64,000 nt of DNA from Candidatus Collierbacteria bacterium RIFOXYD2_FULL_45_13 (GCA_001774685.1 MFAS01000001.1:897252-961251), one strand, 5' to 3'. Positions 49,522 through 60,183 are shown, counted from the stretch's first letter. Translations and numbers: made by a program. The notes: generated by a model not told the origin, from the sequence alone.

Positions 49522-50046
49522 ATGCCAAACCAAAGAAAAGTCCACCAGCTCGCCGAAATCGTTAAAAGCCTAAACGACTCTAAAGCCATTATCCTTACCG
49601 AATACGCCGGCCTGACCGTCAAAGAACAAAATATGCTCCGCACCGAGGCTGACAAAATCGGAGGAAAGTTTCTGGTCACCAAGAATAACCTTATGCGTCT
49701 GGCTCTCGAAGAAAAATCAAAAGAGTTGGCAAAAGATCTAGGTTCCTTCCTCGAAGGACCTACTGCCGTTCTTTTTAGTCCCGACGCAGTTTCCGCCGCC
49801 AAAATTGTTTCGAAGTTCACCGATGATCACGAAAAGCTTAAGATAAAAACCGGTGTCATGGACGATAAGATAATCACTTTCGCCGAAATCACGGCGTTGT
49901 CCAAGCTCCCAAGCCGCGAACAGCTTCTGGCGTCCCTCTTGGCCCAGCTCCAAGCCCCCGCTCAGGCCTTGGTCCGACAGCTCCAAGCCCCTATGCAAAG
50001 CTTCGTCTACGGCTTGGAAGCCCTCCGTGCCAAACTCTCTGCTTAA
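49522..50046 (+). CDS. rplJ: 50S ribosomal protein L10
   Basis: EYAGLTV, KNNL, GPTA, LPSREQL. Confidence 0.96.
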   Translation: MPNQRKVHQLAEIVKSLNDSKAIILTEYAGLTVKEQNMLRTEADKIGGKFLVTKNNLMRLALEEKSKELAKDLGSFLEGPTAVLFSPDAVSAAKIVSKFTDDHEKLKIKTGVMDDKIITFAEITALSKLPSREQLLASLLAQLQAPAQALVRQLQAPMQSFVYGLEALRAKLSA

Positions 50047-50081
50047 TCAGTCTCGCAAATTATTAAATTAAATAAACAAAC

Positions 50082-50459
50082 ATGTCCGAGAAAGTCACAA
50101 AACTCGTTGATCAAGTAAGCGAACTCTCCGTTTTGGAAGTTGCTGAGCTTGTCAAAGCTTTAGAGGAAAAGTTTGGTGTCTCTGCCGCTCCAGTCGCCGT
50201 CGCCGGTGGCGTAGCCGCAGCCGCCGCTGCTCCTGCTGAGGAAAAGACCGAATTTGACGTCGTCGTCACTGACGCAGGCGCCAATAAGATCGCCGTTATC
50301 AAAGCTGTCCGCGAGATCAAAACCGATCTAGGTTTGGTCGAAGCCAAAAACTTGGTTGAGAAAGCCCCCGCTACCATCATGGAGGGAGCCAAGAAAGAAG
50401 ACGCCGAAGCCGCTAAGAAGAAACTCGAAGAGGCAGGTGCCAAGGTCGAACTCAAATAA
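50082..50459 (+). CDS. rplL: 50S ribosomal protein L7/L12
   Basis: [26 protein letters not shown]. Confidence 0.98.
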   Translation: MSEKVTKLVDQVSELSVLEVAELVKALEEKFGVSAAPVAVAGGVAAAAAAPAEEKTEFDVVVTDAGANKIAVIKAVREIKTDLGLVEAKNLVEKAPATIMEGAKKEDAEAAKKKLEEAGAKVELK

Positions 50460-50566
50460 TTTATTTATTGAGTAACAGAAAAACCCGCCGTAAGGCGGGT
50501 TTTTAATTGTAATTTAATACGCCCGTAACCATAAAATTCCCCGCCGTAAGGCGGGGGCAATTCACT

Positions 50567-50953
50567 TTATTCCACAACATAAATCTTCTTCTGTCCGTGG
50601 GCTCCACGGTTTCTCCCGTGAGCTCCAACTTTTTCGGAGTTATAAATTACTTCAATCACGGCCTCACCGGTAAAAATCATTTTCAAATTTCCATTGGCAT
50701 CCGGCTCTACCAAAATCGCAGGGGCCTGGCCAACATAGCGGATATTCGTCTTACCGATTCTAGATACCGGCAGTGAACCTTGTACCCCTCGTTTAACGTG
50801 CACAACCTCTAATGGGACTTTGCAAAAAGATGAGGCAATACCGATAAAAGCTTCCATCTCACCGGCCAAACCCGTCTTGGTCGAAAGTGAAAGTTCTCCA
50901 GAGGAGAGTTTGGCTCGTTCCAAGCTATAGCGATCATCTAATTGTTTAATCAC
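50567..50953 (-). CDS. hypothetical protein
   Basis: GGAGG SD; terminator near 50539. Confidence 0.65.
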   Translation of the reverse strand: MIKQLDDRYSLERAKLSSGELSLSTKTGLAGEMEAFIGIASSFCKVPLEVVHVKRGVQGSLPVSRIGKTNIRYVGQAPAILVEPDANGNLKMIFTGEAVIEVIYNSEKVGAHGRNRGAHGQKKIYVVE

Positions 50954-51067
50954 TCAAGGCCTCCAAAATGATTTAATGTACTTCGGTAGTGCTGGCTGAA
51001 ATTCTACCACAATTAGACCGATTATCCATATTGACTAACTATATTCTTTCTGATAACTTGTATATCA

Positions 51068-51316
51068 ATGGACAACAACCAAGACACAACCCAAACTCTA
51101 AAAACCAAAAAGGCTTTAGATTTGAATAACCTTCCCGACCTTTTAACCGTGTCTGAAGTTGCCCAACTCCTACGCGTCTCCACCCTCACCATCAAACGCT
51201 GGGGAAAAAGAGGTAAGCTCCCGGCCATCAGAATCAATTCGCGAGGTGACCGACGCTACAAAAAAGAGTCGGTCCTTTGGATGCTTGGTATCAACCCCGG
51301 CAGTTCGAACTCTTAA
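51068..51316 (+). CDS. stand-alone excisionase/BldC-type HTH (HTH_17) DNA-binding protein
   Basis: LLTVSEVAQLLRVSTLTIKRW..RGKLPAIRINSRGDRRY. Confidence 0.9.
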   Translation: MDNNQDTTQTLKTKKALDLNNLPDLLTVSEVAQLLRVSTLTIKRWGKRGKLPAIRINSRGDRRYKKESVLWMLGINPGSSNS

Positions 51317-52131
51317 GCTTTCCACTTCAGGCTTTCTCTGAACACCAACCATGGAAACACAATCACCGCCCGCATGATCCGTCCCAGCCTCTTAGGTTCG
51401 ACCATCACCCTCCAAAGCCACTTGAGTCCCATTCGTTCCATCCAAACAGGAGACTTCTTAAAATCTCCCAAATATTCATTGAAGGTACCGCCCACTCCCA
51501 TTGCCATTCCAACACTCAGTCGAGGTAAGCGGGAAGCAATCCATTTTTCCTGTTTCACCGGATTGTACTGAACAAACAGAATGTCTGGTTTCCAACTATT
51601 AATCTTTTTTACCACCCGGTCATCCGTAGTCCTGTCGGTGCCAACGCGATTTTCTCCAGCGTCATACATCACTCTCAGTTTTGGAAACCGTTTTAGAAGC
51701 ATTGTGGCAGTTCGTGAGCTCACATCTCCCCATCCACCGAGCAGAAATATCTTCCAACCGCGCTTTTCGGCCAAAGCGTTTAGTTCTTCAAACAGCTTAA
51801 CTCCTGTCACCGTCTCTCCGATTGTGCCGGCCAAAATATCCCTTCCGACTTTTACCCCTTCGATTACCTTGCCAAAAACGTTCTTTCCTTTTGCCTTCTT
51901 CAGATACTTCACTGCCGCCAGTACCGAAACCCCGTCAGGTGTTACCAGGTCGGCTTTTTTGATCACGTCCGCAAAAAAATTGTCGTTTTGGGCTGCAACA
52001 AAGAATTCGCTATAGGCAGTCACCACAAGTCTAGGTTTCTTGCGCGGCTGTTTCAGCCAACGGTTAATGGTGTCTATAGTCTCCTTCCGACTTAGCAAGT
52101 CTACCGGTATACCCAAAACTTCTGATCTCAT
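51313..52131 (-). CDS. WecB/TagA/CpsF family glycosyltransferase
   Basis: PDG.SV, PDILFV...KQEKW, GVGGTF, GLKWLWR...EPKR. Confidence 0.9.
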   Translation of the reverse strand: MRSEVLGIPVDLLSRKETIDTINRWLKQPRKKPRLVVTAYSEFFVAAQNDNFFADVIKKADLVTPDGVSVLAAVKYLKKAKGKNVFGKVIEGVKVGRDILAGTIGETVTGVKLFEELNALAEKRGWKIFLLGGWGDVSSRTATMLLKRFPKLRVMYDAGENRVGTDRTTDDRVVKKINSWKPDILFVQYNPVKQEKWIASRLPRLSVGMAMGVGGTFNEYLGDFKKSPVWMERMGLKWLWRVMVEPKRLGRIMRAVIVFPWLVFRESLKWKA

Positions 52132-53730
52132 GATACTATTTTATCAGTAGGATATCTTGAAGAGCCACCATCTAACTCAATCCCCAGTTCAGGCACGAAT
52201 CTATCACCCGGTCGATTACTCTGCTAAACACCAATTTTCTGTCTTTATCTCAATATATCGATCCTTTTTATATGTTCATTGCCAAGCAAACTATCAAAAA
52301 GAGATTGTTTGACCCTACAGTAAAAGGTCCGAACCTCAAAAATAGTCAAAATTTTCAAAAGAAAACACTTTATATGGGTTTATACAGAACGTCTTATATT
52401 TATTTGTCAAAAAATACGGTTCAAAATTCTTATACGGTCACGGAGACGAAGACGAGGCGGCGTTGCATTTATATGTATTTGAACAATATTTATATACATT
52501 ATTAATAGCTAATTTATAAAATATATTATAATATACTTCATGTTTTCTATAACCTGTAGCAATCTCTCTTACACCCCCTCAAATCAACTCATTAAAGACA
52601 TACTTTTGGGCATATAAAGGAGGTTATTTACCCCATATAGTGGATACAATTGATATAGTATGATCGAAGGCGAAAAGTATTGTGCTACAAGTTTTAAAAA
52701 AACGAAATCTCAATATTAAATCTATCAAACCATATCATAGTTAAGAAATCGTGCTTAATAGTCTCAATGGCGTTAATAAACGACATCTCCCCTTCCCTCT
52801 CTATCCGGAATCATAAACATTACACTCAAGAATCATTTGCTTGTAAAGTCAGCGACTAAAACCGACAAAAAAATAAAATATAAAAATTATCCTATTATGT
52901 ATGCAAACAAATGGACCACTACTCAAGGATATTGATAAAAACTTCCTAGAAAATCGATTTGGGCCGCTAAAACTCACTACAGGACAATAAAATTCAAAAC
53001 AAGGATCACAATAATATATCAAAAACAAGATTGAAAGACAATTTCTAATAAGTAATTTATCATACATAATATAAGTTAATTACGCCCAATAAACATTATA
53101 ATTACGAAACTATACACACTATTACTTAGGTTATAGATGTAAAAATTCAAAAATATCACCAATATATATAAGCCATCAAAAATATTAAGAACTAGTCTAT
53201 GGGGTATCAAAAAAAATTTGCTAAAAAACATTAGACTGGGTGAATATCCACACGATACCCTGTACACCGAAATACTAGTATGATAACTTTACTTGGCATA
53301 CCATACCGCCATGAGGTATGTAAAAGAATAATAAGAGCCGTTGATGATATACCATAACGGGTATGTAGACATTCGTGAAAACAATCAATCGCTAGAACTC
53401 CTACAGACAAATGCCTTACAACTAAAACAGCAATCTCGCGAGGGTGCAGAGTCGACAGGTAGATTATTTCTACCAATAATCTTATCGACCGTCATTTTGG
53501 AACACCGGACTATTTCCAAAATGAAACAAATATCACCCAAAATAATTAGAAAAATTTCCTCAATTATCTCGGTAAATATAGTCTAATCTATTTGTAGAAT
53601 AATCAACAGATTCATAAACTTATAAAAGATATCAGTAAATATACATTTTGAGCCAGTTTATCTAATTATCACTCTCCTCAATCAACTGATTGAGTACTAT
53701 TTTTTGCTTGATGCAAAGGACCCTTATACT

Positions 53731-54738
53731 TTACTTCTTGATACTCCTAGCATAGACATCAAGATTCTCAATTGCTATCCCAATACCTTTTATTACACAC
53801 CTTAGTGGATCCTCTGCGACGAAGGCCGGAACACCGGTTTCCTGAGTGATCAATCTGTCAAAACTTTTTAATTGTGCCGTACCTCCAGTCATCACGATTC
53901 CTTTGTCAATGATATCTGACGATAACTCCGGAGGAACTTCTTCCATTACCGTCTTAAGCATTTGGATGATTTTTCCCAGAGGCTCTCTCATGGCTTCAAA
54001 GACCTCCACTGAGGACAAATGAATTTGTTTTGGCAGACCGGTGATGCTATCCCGACCGGTTACCTCCATTGCCTCTTCTTTAGAAGATGGCATAGCCGAA
54101 CCAATCTTTATCTTTATCGATTCGGCCGTAGTTTCTCCTATTACCAAATTGTGTTTTCTCCTCACATACTTAGAAATCGCCTCATCGATTCGGTTCCCTG
54201 CCACCCTAACGCTTTTAAATGTCACCACCCCTCCTAGGGATATTACAGCGGCTTCCGAAGCTCCGCCACCCATGTCCAAAACCATATTTCCAGATGGTTC
54301 GGAAATGGGTACACCGGCGCCAATGGCTGCTGCCAAAGGCTCTTCAATCAAATATGCGTTTCGCGCGCCAGCTTCCATCGCGGCGCCCAAGACTGCCCGC
54401 CGCTCCACTTGTGTTACTCCGGCTGGGACACATATCATGACCTCCGGCTTCATCAATCCATACGCCCCTACTTTACGGAGAAAATACTTCAGCATGGCTT
54501 CAGTCACCGCGTAATCGGCAATCACCCCGTCACGCATTGGTTTACTGGCCTTGATATTTCCCGGAGTTCGGCCCAACATCTTCTGAGCTTCGTGACCCAC
54601 CGCCAAGACTTTTCCGTCATTGAGTGAAACCGCTACCACTGTCGGCTCCTCAAGCACCACTCCTTCACCCACGACATAAACCAAGCTATTTGCCGTCCCC
54701 AAATCAATTGCAATTTTTTTATAAAATGAAAATGACAT
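53731..54738 (-). CDS. mreB: rod shape-determining protein MreB/Mbl
   Basis: IDLGTANS, EPTVVA, IEEPLAAAIG, TGG. Confidence 0.96.
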   Translation of the reverse strand: MSFSFYKKIAIDLGTANSLVYVVGEGVVLEEPTVVAVSLNDGKVLAVGHEAQKMLGRTPGNIKASKPMRDGVIADYAVTEAMLKYFLRKVGAYGLMKPEVMICVPAGVTQVERRAVLGAAMEAGARNAYLIEEPLAAAIGAGVPISEPSGNMVLDMGGGASEAAVISLGGVVTFKSVRVAGNRIDEAISKYVRRKHNLVIGETTAESIKIKIGSAMPSSKEEAMEVTGRDSITGLPKQIHLSSVEVFEAMREPLGKIIQMLKTVMEEVPPELSSDIIDKGIVMTGGTAQLKSFDRLITQETGVPAFVAEDPLRCVIKGIGIAIENLDVYARSIKK

Positions 54739-54862
54739 CTTTGTGTCCAATTCTATCAGTAATTTTAACCAAACATAATCTATCAAACTATAACATGCAG
54801 TATCATGAGGACGCTCCGGCGCACGAGACCCATTTGTAATCGAGAATTGGTATAATATACCT

Positions 54863-56206
54863 GTGAACCGAACTCCTTCCAGAAATCCGAAAGGACGCCG
54901 CTTAACCGTTAATCTCTTCATCGTCCTCTTCCTCATCGTAGGCACGTTTGTGGCTATTCAGTTTGCCAAAGGCTACCGCCCAAATCTACAGAATCGCTCC
55001 TTGAGTGGCACCGGTCTACTAAGTGTCACCTCATACCCAAAGTCAGCCAGAGTCATCATCAACGACAAGCTGACTACAGTCACAGACGACAAACTCTATC
55101 TCCTACCCGGCAGCTACACCGTCAAGATCGAAAAAGATGGTTTTCATCCATGGGTCAAGACGCTACCCATAAAAAACGAACTGGTGACCTCCAGTGACGC
55201 CCGTCTCTTCCCTATTATCACCGCCACCTCTCCTCTCACTTTTTACCAAGTCAAAAACGCCGCCCTAAACACAGACGGAACCAAAATAGCCTACGTTCTC
55301 AAAGACTCACCTCAAGAAATTACCAATGGTCTCTACATACATTCACTCTCCGGCAATTTACTCGGCTCCTCCAACGTTCAAATTAGCGAAAACTCTCCCA
55401 AAGATTTTTCCCAAGCTCTACTCATCTGGTCGCCAGACAGTTCTCAGATATTGGCCATCTTCATCGACAAGATTCCTGCCACAAAAAATACCAGACAAAC
55501 CGAGCGCGTCTCCGCAGCCTATTTACTTTCCACCAAAGGTATAAACTCAAGAACCATGTCCGATGTTACTCTCAGACTTCCGTTGATTATTAGTGAATGG
55601 CAAGATCAATTTGCCAAGTTGAATCTGCCTACCCTAAACCTCTTCCCCAAGTATATGGTCGAGATCTTGACCAAAAAAGCAGGCAATGTGTACTTCTCTC
55701 CCGACAAAGAAAAAGTCTTCTATACCGCACTATTAGACGTCTCACTCCCAGAAAATGAGATTGCCAAAGCTCTACCAAATGTCAACTCTACCCTAGAATC
55801 AAGAAACCTCACCAAAGATCAAACTTACCTTTTTGATCTCAAAGAAGGCACCAATTACCTTTTACCTTTCGCCACCAAATCGTCTGAACTTACCAAAGAT
55901 CTAATCGTTTCCGTTTCAGCAACCCCATCTGCCAGTCTCTCTCTTATCCGCCAGCTAAAGGCTCAAACCGAAAGCCGGTTAACCACCAACCTAACCTGGT
56001 ACTCCAATAGCCGACAAATCATCGTAACCAACCCAGATGGGGTCAATATGGTCGACTATGACGGAATAAATATGGTCAACGTCACCTACGTGCAACCCCT
56101 AGATGGCTTTGTAGCTACCTCCCCAGACGGAGGCAAACTCGTTCTTCTCACAAACATAAATCAAAAACCAGATATTTTTAATCTCATTACTTTCGACCTG
56201 AAGTAA
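54863..56206 (+). CDS. PEGA domain membrane-anchored protein with beta-propeller-like repeats
   Basis: TGLLSVTSYPKSA...PG.Y.V.IEKDG; SPD repeats. Confidence 0.85.
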   Translation: MNRTPSRNPKGRRLTVNLFIVLFLIVGTFVAIQFAKGYRPNLQNRSLSGTGLLSVTSYPKSARVIINDKLTTVTDDKLYLLPGSYTVKIEKDGFHPWVKTLPIKNELVTSSDARLFPIITATSPLTFYQVKNAALNTDGTKIAYVLKDSPQEITNGLYIHSLSGNLLGSSNVQISENSPKDFSQALLIWSPDSSQILAIFIDKIPATKNTRQTERVSAAYLLSTKGINSRTMSDVTLRLPLIISEWQDQFAKLNLPTLNLFPKYMVEILTKKAGNVYFSPDKEKVFYTALLDVSLPENEIAKALPNVNSTLESRNLTKDQTYLFDLKEGTNYLLPFATKSSELTKDLIVSVSATPSASLSLIRQLKAQTESRLTTNLTWYSNSRQIIVTNPDGVNMVDYDGINMVNVTYVQPLDGFVATSPDGGKLVLLTNINQKPDIFNLITFDLK

Positions 56207-56858
56207 CTACTTCGCGAACTGTCTTCCACGCCTTAGTTGCCGTTTCAAAATCATCAAAGTAAAAAATATCCAGATGTCCTCTTCCCGATTTATCAGCCGG
56301 ATCATGTTGATGATCGATTGTTCTTCTTACCAGTCGATCTCCATCATAATAGCTGGTAGTAATATACTCCTGATCGCTAAATACCTTTCTAATCACTTCA
56401 TTAGTAAGAGTTTTGGCCTCATTATCTGTTAATATTCTCATTATCCCTGACTCGGCAATCGCTTTTGTCAGGTCGTTCAGTTTGATTTTCTCTCTATACG
56501 TCGGCAACATCATCCGTATCTCGTAACGAGCTTCGGCTAAAATAAAATCGAATTCCCACTCATCGTCCACTTTGCCCATCGCTTCGTTACCAAGACAAAC
56601 TTCATCAATGTAAACTGATCGCGCTTCCGTTAGTTTCAACTTTGCGATTTCCGCCTCCAATTGCTTGGCTTTTGCTTCTACCAAATAAAAATCGTCACTA
56701 TCGTATCTAATTTCTCGTACCATTTCCGACAGCTCAGTTCCCTGAGCCACAAGCTCCAAGTCCTTAAGAAACGAGCCCAAAACTACCGCTTCTCCGGCAA
56801 TGGCGTCAATCCAGTTCCCCCTGCCCAGTTCATTCATCAAATCGTACTCTTTTCCCAT
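56187..56858 (-). CDS. hypothetical protein
   Basis: 223-aa ORF; leaderless start. Confidence 0.7.
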   Translation of the reverse strand: MGKEYDLMNELGRGNWIDAIAGEAVVLGSFLKDLELVAQGTELSEMVREIRYDSDDFYLVEAKAKQLEAEIAKLKLTEARSVYIDEVCLGNEAMGKVDDEWEFDFILAEARYEIRMMLPTYREKIKLNDLTKAIAESGIMRILTDNEAKTLTNEVIRKVFSDQEYITTSYYDGDRLVRRTIDHQHDPADKSGRGHLDIFYFDDFETATKAWKTVREVVTSGRK

Positions 56859-56897
56859 GCCCGTATTTTACCCCCAACAATAGTAAAATAAAGCTAT

Positions 56898-56971
56898 GTC
56901 GATGTAGCTCAGACGGATAGAGCATCTCACTCCTAACGAGAAGGTCCCCAGTTCGACTCTGGGCATCGACA
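56898..56971 (+). tRNA. tRNA-Arg(CCT)
   Basis: GTCGATG...CATCGAC; anticodon loop CTCCTAA; GTTCGACTC. Confidence 0.92.
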
Positions 56972-57073
56972 CAACCTACCGACCACATTGACCTATAGCT
57001 TGACTTTTTACCCAAGCCAAGCTACAATTTCCCCAGACTGATCTGATCTTTGATATTTGAGAAGGAGACAAAA

Positions 57074-57514
57074 ATGAACGGATTCATTCGTTGGCTCATT
57101 GCCAGTCTTATTTTCGGCACTTTGTACGTAATTGGCCTCGGAACCATTGTCTACGTTTTTGCCCCGACCTTCTTCACCACCGCGTACGGTGTCGTTTCAA
57201 CCAATTTTCTCTTCTTTCCTTTGTGGATTACCTCTGGCATGGCCGGCATCACCATCGGCACTCCCAGACAACCTACTGAGCTTTTTACCAGAACTGACGA
57301 CCCGTGGTACAACACTATCCTGGTGATGATTGAGAACATTCTTATCTCCGGCCTTATGCTTCTCATCGCCTACTGGATCAGCAAACTGGCTTTTGGCTTC
57401 ATCATTACCAGTTTACCTATTGTATGGTTAGCCCTCTTCTTCGTGGTCATCATCATGCATGCTTGCAGCGCCGGCTACCGAGCCATCCGCTGGAACCAAA
57501 AAGAAGAGATATAA
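57074..57514 (+). CDS. 4-TM membrane protein
   Basis: TTGACT/TACAAT promoter, AAGGAG SD. Confidence 0.75.
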   Translation: MNGFIRWLIASLIFGTLYVIGLGTIVYVFAPTFFTTAYGVVSTNFLFFPLWITSGMAGITIGTPRQPTELFTRTDDPWYNTILVMIENILISGLMLLIAYWISKLAFGFIITSLPIVWLALFFVVIIMHACSAGYRAIRWNQKEEI

Positions 57515-57621
57515 ACAAAACACTTTCATCCCCGCTTTGTAGCGGGGATTTTACGTATGATATACTTCGACTATAGGCGAAGAGCCTTGCACTTTCATTT
57601 TTTTCAAGAAACAGGAGAAAT

Positions 57622-58359
57622 ATGACTGCAAAAGCCCCGAGTATTTCCATCAAAGGCGTCCTTGAAAGTATGGTCTCCGTCCTTCCTACTGCCACGCAGC
57701 AGAACAAGTTACCTCTACTGGAAAGAAGTCTTGAGGATCTGAACACCGGAGAATTTTTCGCCTTCGAAGCAGTCGAGGGAAAAATCGAAGAGCTCGAAGC
57801 CAAACTCAAAGCAGAAAAAGTTCGTCTGCAAATGGCCAGTCTTGGCTACCCCCAGTTGGATTATTCCTTCCTGACCTGGCAAAAAAAAGAATCCAAAATG
57901 CCGGCTTTTATGGTACTCACCCTTGATTCCAACGAGTTCTCCATTATTGTTGAGCCAAATACCAGCCGTGCTATGGATATCGAGAACGACGTCATCTGGT
58001 CCATCGAGCCAGACCTTCCCGAAGCTGTCCAGTGGCAATACGAAAATTCGATTCTGGCTATCGCCCGGCTCTCCAACAGGGATTACGATGACGAAGAAAT
58101 CTCCGTCACGGCCCAGTTTCAAGGAGTCATGCCGTCTGAGGTACGCACCGAGGTCAGACGGGTTCTCGAAGCAGAGATCTTTGACGACATCTTTGTCATC
58201 TGCGAAGCTCCTAAGTGGGTCGTTAACAAGACCGGCCGCACTTCGCTAAGAGACCCCCTGGTCGTCGGCTGGGACGAAGAGACCGATCAGATGTTCCTGA
58301 TTGCCTCTTTCGACCCCACAACTTTGGAAAAATACGTCCAAGACCAATTCGCCTTATGA
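57622..58359 (+). CDS. hypothetical acidic protein (DPLVVG motif, phage-like)
   Basis: AGGAG SD; terminator near 58376. Confidence 0.75.
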   Translation: MTAKAPSISIKGVLESMVSVLPTATQQNKLPLLERSLEDLNTGEFFAFEAVEGKIEELEAKLKAEKVRLQMASLGYPQLDYSFLTWQKKESKMPAFMVLTLDSNEFSIIVEPNTSRAMDIENDVIWSIEPDLPEAVQWQYENSILAIARLSNRDYDDEEISVTAQFQGVMPSEVRTEVRRVLEAEIFDDIFVICEAPKWVVNKTGRTSLRDPLVVGWDEETDQMFLIASFDPTTLEKYVQDQFAL

Positions 58360-58407
58360 AGTAGCAATCTGTACACCCCGCCAACGGCGGGGTTTTTATT
58401 TTTAAAG

Positions 58408-58479
58408 TCGGGGTGCGGAGAATTGAACTCCGTGTCTCTTCGTCCCGAACGAAGCGTGATACCGATTCACTACACCCCG
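58408..58479 (-). tRNA. tRNA-Pro(CGG)
   Basis: CGGGGTG...CACCCCG-A; CTTCG-TTCGGGA-CGAAG arm. Confidence 0.92.
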
Positions 58480-58570
58480 GTAATATATTTTAACTCCTGA
58501 GATGCTGCCAACTTCACATTTTACTACTTTTGGCCACAAAAAAGCTCCCCATTGCTGAGGAGCCAGCGTC

Positions 58571-58888
58571 TCAATTTACTGTGACTACCGAAGGTCGATT
58601 CGAACTTGGTAGAATGGCAATCTTCCCCTCCAAAACCGCTTCTTTTAGACCGGACTCACGCCAGGAACCCTTAATACCATAGATGCCATATTTGGCATCT
58701 TGACCCCGGACAAAAGCCTGTCGCACAAAGGTATATCGTCCACGAGGCAGATCCTCTGTGGGCATAACTACGAATACGTTGACCTCTTCTGCACCATCCG
58801 GCCACGGATTCACAATCCTGGGTGCCGGAACCGGCGGCTCAACCGATTTTCTTCCGGTAAACCATTTCTTCACGTTTGACAGTTTCAT
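58571..58888 (-). CDS. hypothetical protein
   Basis: AAGGAG SD before ATG 58888. Confidence 0.65.
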   Translation of the reverse strand: MKLSNVKKWFTGRKSVEPPVPAPRIVNPWPDGAEEVNVFVVMPTEDLPRGRYTFVRQAFVRGQDAKYGIYGIKGSWRESGLKEAVLEGKIAILPSSNRPSVVTVN

Positions 58889-58899
58889 TTCGTCTCCTT

Positions 58900-59196
58900 C
58901 TAATCGAACACTCGCTCTACTTCCGCCTGACCAGACTCTATCAGATCTTTCCACCATCGTTCTGCCGCCCCCACCACTTTTCCCTCGGTTACCATCCACG
59001 GATCGGTAAAGCCAAAAGGATTGGGAATACGATGCAAAGTATGTGATGTACCCACCCCAACCTCGGCAGGCGGATTTTTTCGTTCCGTATCCATCAAGGT
59101 CACGTCTATTAAAATCTTGACCCTGCAGCTGTCGGTGTTCGGCCAGATGTTGCAAGGACGTGTCACTTTGATTTTGAACCAATTTTTCCAGTCCAT
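58900..59196 (-). CDS. hypothetical protein, possible distant paralog of 58571-58888
   Basis: GGAGGAG SD; K.WF...N.WP motif. Confidence 0.65.
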   Translation of the reverse strand: MDWKNWFKIKVTRPCNIWPNTDSCRVKILIDVTLMDTERKNPPAEVGVGTSHTLHRIPNPFGFTDPWMVTEGKVVGAAERWWKDLIESGQAEVERVFD

Positions 59197-59265
59197 GGGC
59201 ACTCCTCCGACTAAATTTTCAAACTACCCGGCTATTCTAGCAGACCCTATAATGACAAGCAACCT

Positions 59266-59751
59266 CTATCTGAACTCACCACTCAGCTCTTCTTCGCTAT
59301 ACACTAGTTGATCCATCGTGGTTTGGTACTCATGAATCTCTTTTTCAGAAAAAACGATGCCAATTTCCCTCTGCACATTCTCTAGAGAGTCGGATGAGTG
59401 AACCAGATTGTTCCCTCCGCTCATGCCCCAGTCACCGCGTACAGAACCCGCCTCAGCCTCGTATCCTTTACGGGTCCCAATGATTCTCCTGATGAGATCC
59501 ACGGCGTTGTAACCCTCCCAGATCATGGCGACTATCGGTGTCCACTTCATAAACTTGGCTATTTTGGGAAAAAATGGCGCCTCGGCATACTGGTGATACC
59601 ATTTTTTCAGTATCTCATCGTCCATCTGGATCATTTTTAGGGCGACCAACTTGAACCCTTTTTTTTCAAACCGGCTGATAATATCTCCAATCAGACCTCT
59701 TTGTAGAGCATCCGGCTTGATTAAGACGAGCGATCTCTCCATTTTTTTCAT
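59266..59751 (-). CDS. ndk: nucleoside diphosphate kinase
   Basis: ERSLVLIKPDA, GSVRGD, NLVHSSDS. Confidence 0.95.
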   Translation of the reverse strand: MKKMERSLVLIKPDALQRGLIGDIISRFEKKGFKLVALKMIQMDDEILKKWYHQYAEAPFFPKIAKFMKWTPIVAMIWEGYNAVDLIRRIIGTRKGYEAEAGSVRGDWGMSGGNNLVHSSDSLENVQREIGIVFSEKEIHEYQTTMDQLVYSEEELSGEFR

Positions 59752-59765
59752 ATCCCTATTTTAAC

Positions 59766-60158
59766 TTAATATACCGCTTCGTAGTGCTCCAATTTTTCCA
59801 CCTCCCCATTTTCTTTTAACACTACTGCCACCACGTCCACCCGACACCCACCGAACCATTTTTTACCGTTTTGAGTTTTTGAGTTTTCGACTTTTTTGAT
59901 TTCCACATACACCTCTCCGATTCTCTGTACCTGCAACATCTTCCTCTTATTCACCATCTCTTCCGGCTCGCCAAAATCATGCCCTATTTTTGTCTTTACT
60001 TCCACAAATACTAAAGTTTGCTCGTTCCAGCAGACAATATCGATCTCACCAAAACGGGTACGGAAGTTCCTCTCTTCTATCTTGTAACCCTTTTTCTGCA
60101 GATACTCCACGGCCAAGTCCTCTCCCCGATTCCCCGTCTTCTTGTTATCTTGTTTCAT
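59766..60158 (-). CDS. YraN family (UPF0102) nuclease-like protein
   Basis: G..GE..A..YL, GEIDIV, FVEVKT. Confidence 0.92.
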   Translation of the reverse strand: MKQDNKKTGNRGEDLAVEYLQKKGYKIEERNFRTRFGEIDIVCWNEQTLVFVEVKTKIGHDFGEPEEMVNKRKMLQVQRIGEVYVEIKKVENSKTQNGKKWFGGCRVDVVAVVLKENGEVEKLEHYEAVY

Positions 60159-60183
60159 ACATTAGTCGTCATGGTTCCACCCT

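Noticed and set aside
52135-53730. oriC
   Set aside because: Only one near-match to a DnaA box (ATATCCACA near 53244), no dnaA nearby, and no visible skew switch.
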